Below, in pieces: positions 39,990 to 52,168 of a stretch of DNA of 64,000 nt. Every line of letters starts with the position of its first letter. The stretch's first letter is position 1. The translations under genes and the position numbers were made by a program. The stretch is taken from assembly GCA_964106645.2 (NCBI GenBank), contig OZ067048.1; one strand, given 5' to 3'. Under the pieces are notes generated by a model, which saw nothing but the letters and a program-made list of their open reading frames with translations, did no database searches and had not been told where the DNA came from. Origin of the DNA: Podarcis pityusensis. Its lineage: Eukaryota.

Positions 39990-40122
39990 ACAATTCTGCC
40001 CCTCCTCTCAAATATGTTACTATATACCTGTAACTCAGCATAACACTTCATACATCTGGTGAAATGGACTGTTGTCCACAAAAGCTTACACCATACTAAA
40101 TTTGTTAGCCTTTTAAGGTAAC
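39990..40122 (+). mobile_element. Old Penelope-like terminal fragment with inactivated hammerhead
   Basis: CATCTGGTGAAATGGACTGTTGTCCACAAAAGCTT...AAATTTGTTAGCCTTTTAAGGT. Confidence 0.65.
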
Positions 40123-41508
40123 TCTTATTTAAAGCAGGCCCCCCACCCACCCACCCCAAAAAATATTTTTGGTCTCACAAACAGAAGCACATTCCACCTC
40201 AAAATATCAAAAAGTAAAAAAAATTCTAACTCCTGTTAGGATAATTAAACCAATCTTACACATAGATTTTATGGGCCAATTTATTCACACAGGCCTTTCC
40301 TATGAGGTTTTGACAATTTGAGAACTCAAGCAGTGAAATTTCAAGAAACTATAATATAAGTTTCACAGGTGCAATCTGCACAGATGTTGGTCACATAAGT
40401 TGGCATCTCTTCATATATTCCTTTACTTCTCAACCACTTTATATGAATCTGAAACCAAGGAGACATAGCAACTCACACCTCTTCCATGCAGCAGCATATC
40501 AGAACACTAACACTTTATGACTAAATAGCTTATAATTTACTTTAATTACTTGCAAGTGTTAACCATTAAGTGGCAAGATGTATTCTGAAATGCAAAGAAG
40601 TGAGTTGTTTGAAAAGCACAGGAAAACATCACTGCTTATTTATACTCCAGTCAAATCCAGCAACATAAAGTACATCAACACACAAGCACACCAAACCATG
40701 TGTGTTTGTTTACTACCAGTTAGCTAAACTTTGTTTTGTTTTACTTTAGATTTGAAAAATCATCCAAGCAAACACGTTACTGTAAAGTTCTTATTTCATA
40801 TGTAACCGCAATTCGGGTTTGTAGTTGCCAGTGTTTTCATGAACCTGAAAAGTCATTCAACCTTGGAGCAAACACCCGAGATAAAATCTCTTTTTGTACA
40901 AATAAGGGCAACAGTCATTAAAGACTGCTAAGTGTTACTGCTGAATACCAAACTAGTCAGGTAAAGAACTACAAATGCCCAGTTTCAGTTTGATGCATTC
41001 AAGCGTTCCCTCTGTTTATACATTTAGGAGGAAAATTAGTGACCGAGGTCAGGCGTTTAGAAGTCTAATAACCAAATGAGTGGGACTATAGTCCTCTTTA
41101 GGAAAACCACTCTTGCTCACTGGCCTTTAATAGTTTTAAGTCTGATAAAAAAACCCTGGAGCATGAGGAATGCAATTTCCTAATCGAGAGCTCACAAGAC
41201 ACAATAGGGAAAACCTCTTCCTATCACCCTACCCTGTCAACAATAGAGAGAGAGAAACTCAGGTTTGTTTGTGAAACTGATGCTAAAAGGACCTTCACAG
41301 AACAACTAAGTTTCACTTATTCAAAAAGCACAAACAATTCTCTGTTAAATCCAAGAGACCTTTTAGCATTAAAAAAAAAAAAGCATGTGCTGTCATTATT
41401 TTTTTAAAAAAGCATACAGATATCAAGACACAGGAACGTGCAGAATTGGAAACAAACTAGAAATGTATTGGGAAGGGCGATTTCATTCAGTTTAAATCAA
41501 GTACCTAC

Positions 41509-41520
41509 CAGATAATCCAT
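41509..41520 (-). CDS. ARL15: ADP-ribosylation factor-like 15, coding part of first exon (MDYL)
   Basis: ATG GAT TAT CTG followed by a GTAGGT donor at the edge of a CpG island. Matches, from memory, the end of human ARL15 exon 1 (...LYMDYL|CFRAL). Position and divergent orientation upstream of HSPB3 match mammalian synteny. Only 12 coding nt, so the call leans on context. Confidence 0.72.
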
Positions 41521-41589
41521 GAACTAGGGTAACAACTGGGATTAGGCGTTAATAGGTCACAGAGTAGCCTGCTTCTTATCAAGCAGTCT

Positions 41590-42350
41590 CAAGGTGGGTG
41601 AAAACGTCTGGAGACCGATAAGAAGTGGCTGTCGTCTCAGCGGCTCCTAAGGAAGGAAAAATCTCAGGGACTACGGTATGGAGTTGCCGTCGCTGTGAGG
41701 AAGCTTCCCGGGGGGCGGGAATCAGGGAGATCTCGGTCAGCGGTCTCAGTAACTGGATGGGCAAGGACTGGATCTCCGAGGCTGCCAATGCACCGCGGCT
41801 CGCCCTGCACCGTCTCTGCCCGCGAGAACCCGGCCCGCTTCCCTCTTCGCTCAGTCTCAGCGAGCAAGAACTCAGCAGCGGTAGCAGCGCTGCTTTTGCA
41901 GCCAGACCCAGCAGGCGCCTGAGAAGCAAAACACGAGCCCAGCCCAACCAAGCGCCCGTGCAACCCGCTGCAGCGCCCGATGTTTCAGGAACAGGGAGAG
42001 TTTCCCCCTGTAGCGTCACTGTCAGCTGATCATACACGTGAGACGAAGAGAGAAGGCTCTTAAAGGGACACACATGCTTTCCCAGCCTCCCTACTTGGTT
42101 GGGGCGTGGGGGAACTCAAGGCAGATAGGAGGAGCGGGGGAACTTGAAGGGGGAGATCGGGATGTGGGAGGGAGGGGGGCGGTCGAAGGGGGCAAGCTGT
42201 GCGTCAAAGGACGAAGGGGAGTTGACGGGAGGGAGGCACGAGAAAAGCGGCAGTAGGGCAGAGGCGAGGAATGAATGGGAGGGCTGCAATGCAATAGGAG
42301 CGGCGAGGAAGGTGGGTCGGGGAGGATGCAGGTTTCAAAGCTGGGCCGGT
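41590..42350 (-). promoter_or_regulatory. ARL15: CpG island: ARL15 promoter and 5'UTR
   Basis: High GC and CpG with no TIR or TSD; CACGTG at 42035-42040; GC boxes GGGGCGTGGG at 42101 and GGGGGCGG at ~42175. Confidence 0.8.
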
Positions 42351-42356
42351 ACAGAC

Positions 42357-42474
42357 CAGGAATGGGGAACCTGTGACCCAGATGTCATCAGTCCCAGCCA
42401 ACATGGCAAGTGGTCAGGGTTGATGGGAATTGTAGTCCAGCAGTATCTCTAGGTCCACAGGTTCCTGATCCCTG
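42357..42474. mobile_element. Palindromic hAT MITE at the island edge
   Basis: CAGGAATGGGGAACCTGTG...CACAGGTTCCTGATCCCTG, TSD GTACAGAC/GCACAGAC. Confidence 0.8.
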
Positions 42475-42709
42475 GCACAGACTTTGCAACACCACGAGTG
42501 GTTTAGAACAGGAAGAGGGGCATGGAAGAGGAACTTAGAAAGGGATGGAAGATGCTGTGAGGTAAGCTGGTCGAAGAGGAAGGCATGATAAGACTACAGG
42601 AGGGAGGGAGGCCAGTCCTATGCATGTTTACTCCAAAATACGCTCCACTGAAACGAACGTGCATGGGATACGGCTGTATGGTAAAAACTGATAAGAGCTT
42701 ACTTCTGAG

Positions 42710-42710
<1 letters not shown>

Positions 42711-42748
<38 letters not shown>
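42711..42748. repeat. (TA)19 microsatellite
   Basis: Read directly from the sequence. Confidence 0.95.
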
Positions 42749-42753
<5 letters not shown>

Positions 42754-43654
42754 TTAGGCAGTGCACTGCATGGAGGACCAGGAGAGCGAATAGCAAGTGG
42801 AAGACCCGTTTTACATTCTGCATCCTATTCCTCCGCTAGTTAACCAGCATCATAAGCAGTACTTTCTCCCCCTTTTTTTTTCTTTGTCTGTTTTGAAAGA
42901 GACTACATTGGTGATATAGACTGACTTCTTGTCACTTCTCTTCACCCCACCACAAGATGCGCAAGGATTTAGCAGCTTGGGGTGGGGCAGGAACCACAGC
43001 TGCTGCAAGACCAGGACCCAGTGATGAATTGGAAGCAAGGCAGTTGGATTATATACAAGAAAACTGAAAGCTGCACCTCAAATCTCCTGCTGCGCTGCTG
43101 TTGGAGTCCTCCCCAAAACTACATTACCTATCAAAAGCACTCATCACTCGTTCGTCATCAAACCCCTGCTTGTGGCAGCAGATCCCTGCAGCAGATCCAA
43201 ACTGACTGTCTTGTAACTTTTTTACACCGATACATTTTGTGTAAACTTTTGCTCTCTCTGGGAATGGAACCTTACCTATTCCCCCTAAATGTGAATATGA
43301 TCTGGAGTAAGAAAGCTCATGACCTCTCATTGCTGCTTCCTTTTGTTTTTGAAACTACTTCCCAATCACAACTACACTAAAATCCTGAATGTCTGGGTTG
43401 TTTTCCATTGAGTAGCATAAGAACATAAGAGCCCTGCTGGATCAAGCCAGTAGCCCATTTAGTCCAACATCTTGTTCTCACAGTGGCCAACCAGGTGAAC
43501 CTGAGTGCAACAACACTGCCCATCTGCAATTCCCAGCAACTGGTGTAGATATTGTAACCTTGTTCCCTACTTCTCCACCAGGGACGACCAGCAGAAAAGG
43601 CTTAAAAACAAAACAGATTGGATGTTTCACTCTTGCCTTCTCATTGGTCTAATT

Positions 43655-43912
43655 CAGGGGTCAGCAACCTTTTTCAGCCGTGGGCTGGTCCACCGTCTCT
43701 CAGACCATGTGGTGGGCTGGACTGTATTTTGGGGGGGGGGGGGAGAGGATGAACAAATTCCTATGCCCCACAGATAACCCAGAGATGCATTTTAAATAAA
43801 AGCACACATTCTACTCATGTAAAAACACACTGATTCCTGGACCGTCCATGGGCCGGATTGAGGTGGTGATTGGGTCGCATCCGGCCCACGGGCCTTAGGT
43901 TGCCTACCCCTG
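43655..43912 (+). mobile_element. hAT MITE, family A copy 4
   Basis: CAGGGGTCAGCAACCT...AGGTTGCCTACCCCTG, TSD GTCTAATT. Confidence 0.9.
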
Positions 43913-45192
43913 GTCTAATTGGTGAGATCTGCTTTTCCTAAACTCTGAAAGTTTCTCACACAAAAAAAAAAGCCTTAAGAAAAATTGCATTCTTATTTAC
44001 TGCATAGTACCTGCATTTTGCCTCACAAGTTCTACAAACACTAGAAAGTTACTCTTTGAAAAATGAAGGCTGGGCTATGGATTACAATTCATGTGGGAAG
44101 CACTCCTTGCAGAAGCCCAGGGCTGGTGGCACTGAAGAAGCCCCAAGGTCACAATAGGCAACCCTCTACCTGCTTAATCATCTTCTCAGTGAAGTCACAG
44201 CTGCCTTGCTAACTAGGCTGAAGACAATACTTTCCACCATCAATTACATAATGCATAAGTAGGGTCCCTCTTGCTAAGATCAGCAGCAATTAGATAGGCA
44301 CAGACGTTAATTGCTTGCCTCGAGTTCTATAGATCCTTAATTTGCAGCTGCTAATTTGAGTATTTTAACACTTCATTTAGTGGTGTGTGGAAGAATACAT
44401 GATTGACCCTTTGCTGCATAGTCAGTATTATGCTTGGTGGTGGGATGTTGGTTTTTTTTAAGTGCTATTCAGTGTGCAATGTTTTTAATGTACATGAATA
44501 GCAGCACAAAAAGTACATAATTGTTTAAAACACACACCCAGAGTTAAGCAATTCTACATTATTGCCTTTTTTAAAATGTGCACTTGGCCTGTAAAAGTGC
44601 AGGGAAGGGCTCCCTTCATATAGATGAGACTGCCTTATATTGTTAACTTGTCCATAAAATCAAGTATTGTTTATTTTCCAGGGTTTCCAGTGGGGATCTT
44701 TCCCAGCCCTGCTGGCCAGGCTCCTTAACTAACTCCTTAACTGCCAGAGAATACACCTGGAACCTTATGCATCCAAGGCATGCATCTACTACAAATCTGT
44801 GTATGCACAAAGACAAAAAAAATTATCAGAAGTGTAAAATTATGCAGTATAATTTGATTACTGACTGTCTTCAGATATGCCTGCCCATACGCTAAGAACT
44901 TCAGCTGAGGCCCTTCTTCAGACAGTCCCACAATATTAGGTGTGGTGTGGCTACCAAGAAGACATAGGACTGCACTTGAACCATAGCTGTTGTTTACAGA
45001 AGTAACTTGGACAGGCTTGCCACAGCAGTTAGTTAGGATACTTGAGAGCAGCAAAGTATTAAAGAAAGCTTTACAAGTGTATTTTAATGTGTTCTAACAG
45101 GCAAGAATAGTAAAGGAAGAATTTCCATAAAATGGAATATATCATGGTACCAGGGGAAATACAGTAAGATAACAACAACTTTATTATTTATA

Positions 45193-45443
45193 CAGTGGTA
45201 CCTCGCTTTACGAACAGTCCTGTTAACGAACTATTCGGTTTACGAACTCTGCAAAACCAGAGTTCTGGGAAAACCAGTAGTGGTCTGGTTTGCAAACTTT
45301 ACCTCAGTCTGCGAACGGAAGCCGAATGGTGGAAGGGGACCGAAGGTGGGAGGCCTCATTAGGGAAAGCGTGCCTCGGTTTAAGAACAGATTTGGTTTAA
45401 GAACGGACTTCCGGAACGGATTAAGTTCATAAACTGAGGTACC
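45193..45443. mobile_element. Tc1/mariner MITE with damaged right TIR
   Basis: TA-CAGTGGTACCTC...GAGGTACC; terminal ACTG-TA missing. Confidence 0.8.
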
Positions 45444-45650
45444 GCTCATCTGGCTGGGTTTCCCCAGCCGCTCTGGACAGCTTTACAGCATATCTAAAAA
45501 TATCATAAAAACATCAAGCATTAAAAACCTCCCAATATAGGGCTGCCTTCAGATGTCTTCTAAAAGTTGTACAATTCTTTTAACTCCTTGACATTTGAAG
45601 GGAGGACATTCCACAGGGAGGGCGCCACTACCAAGAAGGCCCTCTGCCTT
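45444..45650 (-). mobile_element. L2 LINE 3' fragment
   Basis: CATCTGGCTGGGTTTCCCCAGCC is the reverse complement of the 21.55 kb tail; TTCCACAGGGAGGGCGCCACTAC. Confidence 0.75.
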
Positions 45651-48600
45651 AACCTCTCCTTTTCTCCTCAGAATTAGTGCTCAGTTTCTGAAAGGTACTA
45701 GAGCCAAAATTGGCACTAAAATCACTTAACAGCTTTAGAAACTCTTTAATCTCAGGTGTGGGGCAGGTTTGGGGTACCTATTAGTATTTTATACATGCCT
45801 CACATCATCATCATGTTTCAGGGCTGAGCATTAGCCTTAAAATACATGTTTGGGAGATAAGCTCTGGTAATGCTGCCTCAAACTAAGTCAAACAGATCCC
45901 CTCCACATAACTTTCCTGGCTTTGTACACCCACCCCCCCTTTTATCTGAGGGAGGGTATGGCGGAAGGAACAGAAAAGTGGAAAAAAAGGAAGCTGGAAA
46001 GCATTTTCATTTCAAACTACCCTCCTCCCTGTCCACATTTCCTGGAGTGATTGTTTGGCTTTAATAACAGAATAACAGCAGGAAATGTAAAAAACAAAAC
46101 AGGGTTCAATAAATAGAGGCCAAAATATATGAGAGGCTCAGATTTTATACTCAGCCATAGCAAGTGAATAATGATTAATTCTAGCATTGAAGAACAGCTC
46201 ATACAAAATGAACCTCAGTGTTTTAAGAAAGAGTAAGTGCAAGTTGCTAGTATTACTGCATTGTTTGCTGTAGTTACCAGGGGCAGTCGGTCTGCACACT
46301 CAGTCAAGTTAATCAAACTCTGTTATTGCTCAACAGACTGGGGAAATGTTTTAGTCCCTTGAATTTCTAAATTGTTGGTTCAGGCTTCATCATTAGTGGG
46401 TCATTTGATTGGTGACCCTTACATTTACCCTTTCAACTAAGAAATTGGAAATGCAGATACAGCTGTGATTCTCATGGAGATTGGGGTGGCATGTAACAAT
46501 ATTATAAAGAAACATTAGAAATGCAGGACTCGAAGACTTGTAAAGGTGTCGTTGGTTGTTCTGCTGACTGAGTCAGCAAACCTCATCTCCCACTTTTATA
46601 CCTTTCCTAAGTGTTAGAGTGGAATTCCAGCAAGTGCTCAAATAGCTTTTTATTGCTTAAGAGTCTGTAATATTCATAATACATCATTTTCACCCACTTT
46701 CGTTTCTGATAAGATACTAGAGAATGAAATATGTACTATAAATGGATAATTTCTTTCAATTTGATACTCCAGAAATATAAATCAGTTCCTTTTTTCTACA
46801 CTAGGAAAAAGAAAACTCTGTTCCTAAACCTCACTACCTTGCAGCTATACTCATTTGTGACAAAGGCTTTGGGAGTAAACACAGAGGAAAAATCTGTACC
46901 CGATGTCTTGCAGGACATCTTCAGGAAAGGAAAAGGCTAAGGAATAAAGCTAGTACTTTTTTCAGGGAGTACTCAAGAGTACACAGTCCCAGCACCTCTC
47001 TCTTTTTTGGTTAAAAAGTGTGGCACTTACTGTAACAACTTCATGGTGAGTACCAGTAAAATCTGGAGTGAAGTCCTAATATGGTTGAATATTGTCTTGT
47101 ATGCCTCCTTCTGGCAACTCCTGCAGCCTAGCTGGTGCCACATCACTGAGGTCTTGTCATCTGGGCAGCCCAGGACCTCTATACATACTACCCAGGCTTG
47201 CATCCCAGAAATGTCACTTTGGTGCTGCTAATGCAACAAAAACAATTCAGGAGACAGCAGTTATGAGTTACTAGACTTTTCAGTCACAACAGGTGCTGTG
47301 ATTATCCAGTGGTTTCACTTCACCCCTGGTGGATGGATGCCAACACAATATTTGTAGAATGTTCCTTGGAGTCAGGACACTGAACCTGATCTAGGCATCT
47401 GGGTTTTCTCTGAGAGCAAATCTGAGACAACAACACTGAGACAAAAAAAATCTGCTTCCAGTAGTTAAATGCCTAACGAAGTGTATAAATTCAAATCACT
47501 TGATGAAAGCATTTGAAAGTATTTATTTATACATCAAGTTTGCCTCCTATACACATTTTCAACATATTGTAAAAAAAAGAAAACTGATTAAGCAACTGTA
47601 TGTCAAGCTAAGAATGTTGCTAGTCAAGTTGTTCAACTTCCTCTCATCTATGACACTGGATGCATATGATATATTCATAATGTCTGTGTTGTAAGGAGAT
47701 TTCATTTGCAGTAGATGTTCCTTAGGACACCTCCCTAATGGCCAATTCACATAATCAGGGTTTAAAAAAGAAGAAACTAGAAGGTCAATGTGGAATGACT
47801 TTCAGTTTATCTTAAGCTGAATCTTCATTCCTTGTCCAAAATATGGCATGTATGCACAATACACACACGCAGAATGAGGTGATATAAATATTTTTTCAGG
47901 ACATTGTGATTTGCAATCTAAATCACTGCAGAAACATTAATAAAATGGGCAATATACCAACAGGTTATGTGTTCTTCGCAAGTGATTGCATTAATGAAAT
48001 CAGAATCCATGCCCACTTTGAATTGTTGCACATACATGTTAGGCACATTTAAACCTATTTATTTCAATGGTTTTAAATATGTTTAACCATGCTGGATAGT
48101 GGCAAGAATCCTTTCCCCCAGTTAGTAACACAAACACCATTTCCTCAATTTCCCACCTTCATCTCTGTCCTCATTGATGCTTCGGAAATGTATGAATATG
48201 CTATTAACATATTTAATGTCTGCATTATTTTATTTATGAATAACATGGTCATTCTACCCTTCCCCCAAGAATGTTCAGGATAGTACACCTTGTTCTCCCC
48301 TTTGCCTTATCCACCCACCCTGATTTTGTCTTCCCAACAATCCTGTCAAGGTTGCTCAGGCTGAGATATACTTATGGTCACAGTGAGGACAAGGGCTGAA
48401 GATGGATTTGAACTAGTCCAACATTCTAACATAATATAATAATTCCAGCATCCATTCTCAGGCTAAGTAGCAACTCTAAATTAAAACACAGCCGGAACAG
48501 AGTCTACAGAGCTTCCATTGTTTAGCCTAGCTTTGTATTGTTCCTTTCCAGGAACAGTACTTTGCAGTCTAAATATTCTCATTTGCATTGCTGCTTATCT

Positions 48601-49122
48601 GAGTTATATTGCTTCAGTTGATATCAATTAAGTAAAATCAGAGTACTTTAGCCAACATTTGTTCCATTAGTCAAAATTCTGTGGAAAAGATAATGGGTTG
48701 TATTCATATTTCTCCCTCTGTCAATGAAGGGCATTTTCCATGTGTAAATAAAACTCCAAGCCAGCAGAGCCTCTCAGTCTGTTTACTGGACTCACTAGTG
48801 GGAAGGAAGAGGAAGCAATTTTCAGCAATCCCCTGCTTCCCTCTGCTGAACTCTGTACCACCTCCCACACTTTCCCAGATGATCCAACAATCCTCCAGAG
48901 CAGATTTGGGGGAGGGGGGGTATGGGACTATTCCTGCAGGAGGATCCAGTTAGTGGAGTCCCATTGATCCAGCCTAGTATTCTTATAGGTTTCAAATTCA
49001 CCTTACCACCAGCACTGGCACCTAGAATGCAAGTAAACTTGTACCTAACTGTTATTAATCTCAATCACAAGATATTATTGAATTGAACAGAAAAAGCTGA
49101 GGGGAAGGGAAGGCATGGTCTC

Positions 49123-49125
<3 letters not shown>

Positions 49126-49161
<36 letters not shown>
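49126..49161. repeat. (AC)n microsatellite
   Basis: Read directly from the sequence. Confidence 0.95.
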
Positions 49162-49166
<5 letters not shown>

Positions 49167-50908
49167 GAAACTGAAGAGAAATTGGGACACATCGGCTATA
49201 TCATGATACCAAGTTGAAATTGTCAGCATTCCAGTTGTGACACCTCACTCACTAGAACCCATCATTTGGGCAATTATTTTCTCCTAGCTTATCGTACTTT
49301 AAGTGTCAGGGGGAAGGACAAAAGGAATCCTTGAAAACTATTTGATAAAAGGACTACTGTAACACTTTAATTTTTTGTTGCACTATGTAAAGTCTTTTAA
49401 TTCACGGTGTGTTCTGAAAGCAACAAGCAGAATACAGCCCTAGGCAAAACAAGAACAGCAGACAACTGTGGCATCTAGGTGAATTATGGGTGTTAACGAG
49501 GCACAGCACATTCAATTATAGGCAACAAACTAGGAAGTATGGTTTGTTACTCTACTCTCAAGGTAACAGGAGCTTTTAATTGTGGGACAATATTTTGTAA
49601 GTTACTACTTTCTACTGTAGCAGAAGCAAAGGCTACATTGCGAAAATTATCACATTAATTTAATACTCTGAAGAGTCATGTCTGGATATTAATTTAGTTT
49701 AATAGCTCAACTAGAGCCCCTCTCATTCAGGAATTTTCTTTTCTCTTTATGGAAAATGTGTGCATGCATGCAGCAGTTCTCAATTTGTGTGGATGTGATG
49801 CCTTCCTTCCTATATTACAGTAAGCCCCTGAAGGCATTACATGTTTGTGCATGCAAAGCTCACTTCCAAACATGCACTAGAGCTGCTGGACTGTGACCTC
49901 AGCATCTTGGTGTATTTTTCCTTTTCTCTATGAAAAGGTATTTTTACTTTGGATTTACTCACATCTGGACTAGAACAACCTACTAACTGAAACAAAAGTT
50001 ATAAAATCAATAATATATCATATAAGACTTTAACCATGGCCAATAATAAATTTAAATAAATATATATCATAGTATAAATGTCATTAACCATTTTTTACTT
50101 TTCATATACAAATTAGATTTCTGATTTATTCTCCAGAAAAAGCATAATACACTTTAGTTAAGGAAGGAATGAGATCAGGCAAAGAACATTAAGAGCTGAA
50201 GATTTTCAGTGTTGGAAACGCATTAAAGCCAAGAGGGTGAAGTGAACTTAAATGGAACCTTGGGGAACACCAACAAAAAGTAGAAAAGAGAAACATAGAA
50301 CCATTAACAGAAACTTAAACAATTGGTGAAAAAGATCATGATCCATGGTAATTAAAAGCAGAAGAGAGATCTCAAGAAAAGAAAAACAGGGGGAGAAAGA
50401 GACTTAGCACAGAGTAGATAAATTGGGAACTGGGCAAGAGCAATTCTGAATGAATGAACAGATCAAAAATCAGACTGATGCAAATTAATGAGAAAACAGT
50501 GCTAAATTTAGGAGTCAAGAGAGCAAGCTTGCCTCAGGAATAGCATATATTAGTCCTACCCCAATCCGTTCTTCCAATACAAACTGTGAGTGAAAAAGTG
50601 TGGCTATTCTAGAGTGGTGAAATGGAAGGATCCCAAGTGATAGTCTGAGAAAGTGAGAGAGAAATGGGTAACCCATAAGCACTAAAGAGTGGGGAAATCT
50701 TTTGTTGTAAGAAAGTGGTATATAAATCTAAATTTATCTTTTAAAACCCCCCAAAAATAATGGATTCAATCCAGACTAGTGAACTCCGATACATATCCAC
50801 TGAAAAGTACGCCTCATTTAGAAATAGGATTATCTTCTAGGTAAGCATGCATAGGACTGCAGCCTAAGACCTACTTCGTTCCCATTAAAATCTATGAGAA
50901 CTATGATA

Positions 50909-51131
50909 CAGTTGTACCTCGGCTCCTGAACGCCTTGGAAGTCAAACATTCCGACTCCTGAACAATAGAAAACCGGAAGTGAGTGTTCCAGTTTTTGAAC
51001 ATTCTTTTGAAAGCCGAATGTCCAACGGGGCTTCCACGGTTTCCGACTGGCTGCAGGAACTTCCTGCAGCCAATCAGAAGCTGCGCTTTGGAAGTCGAAT
51101 GTTTCAAAAGTCAACTTCCGAGGTACAACTG
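50909..51131. mobile_element. Tc1/mariner MITE
   Basis: TA-CAGTTGTACCTCGG...CCGAGGTACAACTG-TA. Confidence 0.88.
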
Positions 51132-51200
51132 TACTCATGACTTGTTTAAGTTCTATACTTGTTGCAGAAATGAAAATTGCTGAATATGATTGCATACTAA

Positions 51201-51386
51201 GGGCAGATCTACACCATACATTTAAAGCACTTGACTTTCCCCCAAAAGTCTTGGGAACTCAAGTTTCCTCCTTGCGCTACAATTCACATCACCCTTTAAC
51301 AAAGTACAGTTCCCAGGATTCTTTGGGAGAAGTCATGTGCTTTGAAGTGTGTAGCATGTGTTTAAATATATGAAATGGATCTGCCC
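51201..51386. mobile_element. PIF/Harbinger-like palindromic MITE
   Basis: GGGCAGATC...CATTTAAAGCAC / GTGTTTAAATAT...GATCTGCCC, flanks TAA/TAG. Confidence 0.6.
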
Positions 51387-52168
51387 TAGGTGTGACTAAC
51401 TTTTTCAGGATCCAACCCAATGAAGTTTATTTTATGCATTTGTTTTACTTATACTTTATCTAGCTTTTAAAAAATCTCACACACTCTTAGGCTGCATGAA
51501 CAAAAACATACATTGCAGATCAGCAGTAACAGTTGCCCTCAGTTCTGTGCTGGTCAGGCAAAATCTAAAGTACTGTGTCCAGTTCTAAGCACCGCATTTT
51601 AAGAAGACTGTCAAATTAGCTTAAGAGTAGCAGCATTGTGTCCTCTACTGTAGGGGTAGGGAACCTGTGTTCCTACAGATGTTGCTGACCTCTAACTCCT
51701 ATCAGCCCTGATCATCAGCCATGCTGGTTGGGGCTGATGGAATCTAACATCTGACGGGAGGCCACAAGCTAACTGCAACCTACTAGGAATTTTAAAGCCT
51801 GTGGGCAAAGCTAATCAGCTTTCCATGCCTACCAGCAGGTCAGCAACAACTGAATGTTATCTTTGCAAAGCTATTATGATTTCATAATACCATTCTCATA
51901 TTAGGCAAAATTAATTCTGTGCTTGTCAGACCCTGCCCCCCTTTTGGGAATGAATTGCAAGAATGAAATTGTATCTGTAGGCTTGCTGCGGTATTATTGA
52001 CTAGCAGCTGCAACAACTCACACAAAAATGACAAGATATTGGTAGCCTCGTTCTCCACAGCAGTCTTTTGAAGATAAATTGCCCAAAGTCACAATCTTAT
52101 TACAGGAAAATGTGTCTCCTTGTGCATAACTCAAAATACGAAACAAATTTAAAAGATACAGCTAAGTG

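Larger units (their letters stand above)
1..41508 (-). other. ARL15: Inferred intron 1 of ARL15 (continues beyond the left edge)
   Basis: Begins at the GTAGGT donor after MDYL. I found no exon-2 sequence (CFRALCCKG...GSGKT) in the window. Repeat-rich non-coding DNA; ARL15 has very long introns in mammals. Confidence 0.65.

Noticed and set aside
41579-42452. ORFs of 99-164 aa on both strands of the CpG island
   Set aside because: Mostly GTG/TTG starts in stop-poor GC-rich DNA; no similarity to ARL15 or any family I recognise.
42982-43380. 132-aa ORF upstream of the island
   Set aside because: No recognisable domain or splice context; consistent with chance.
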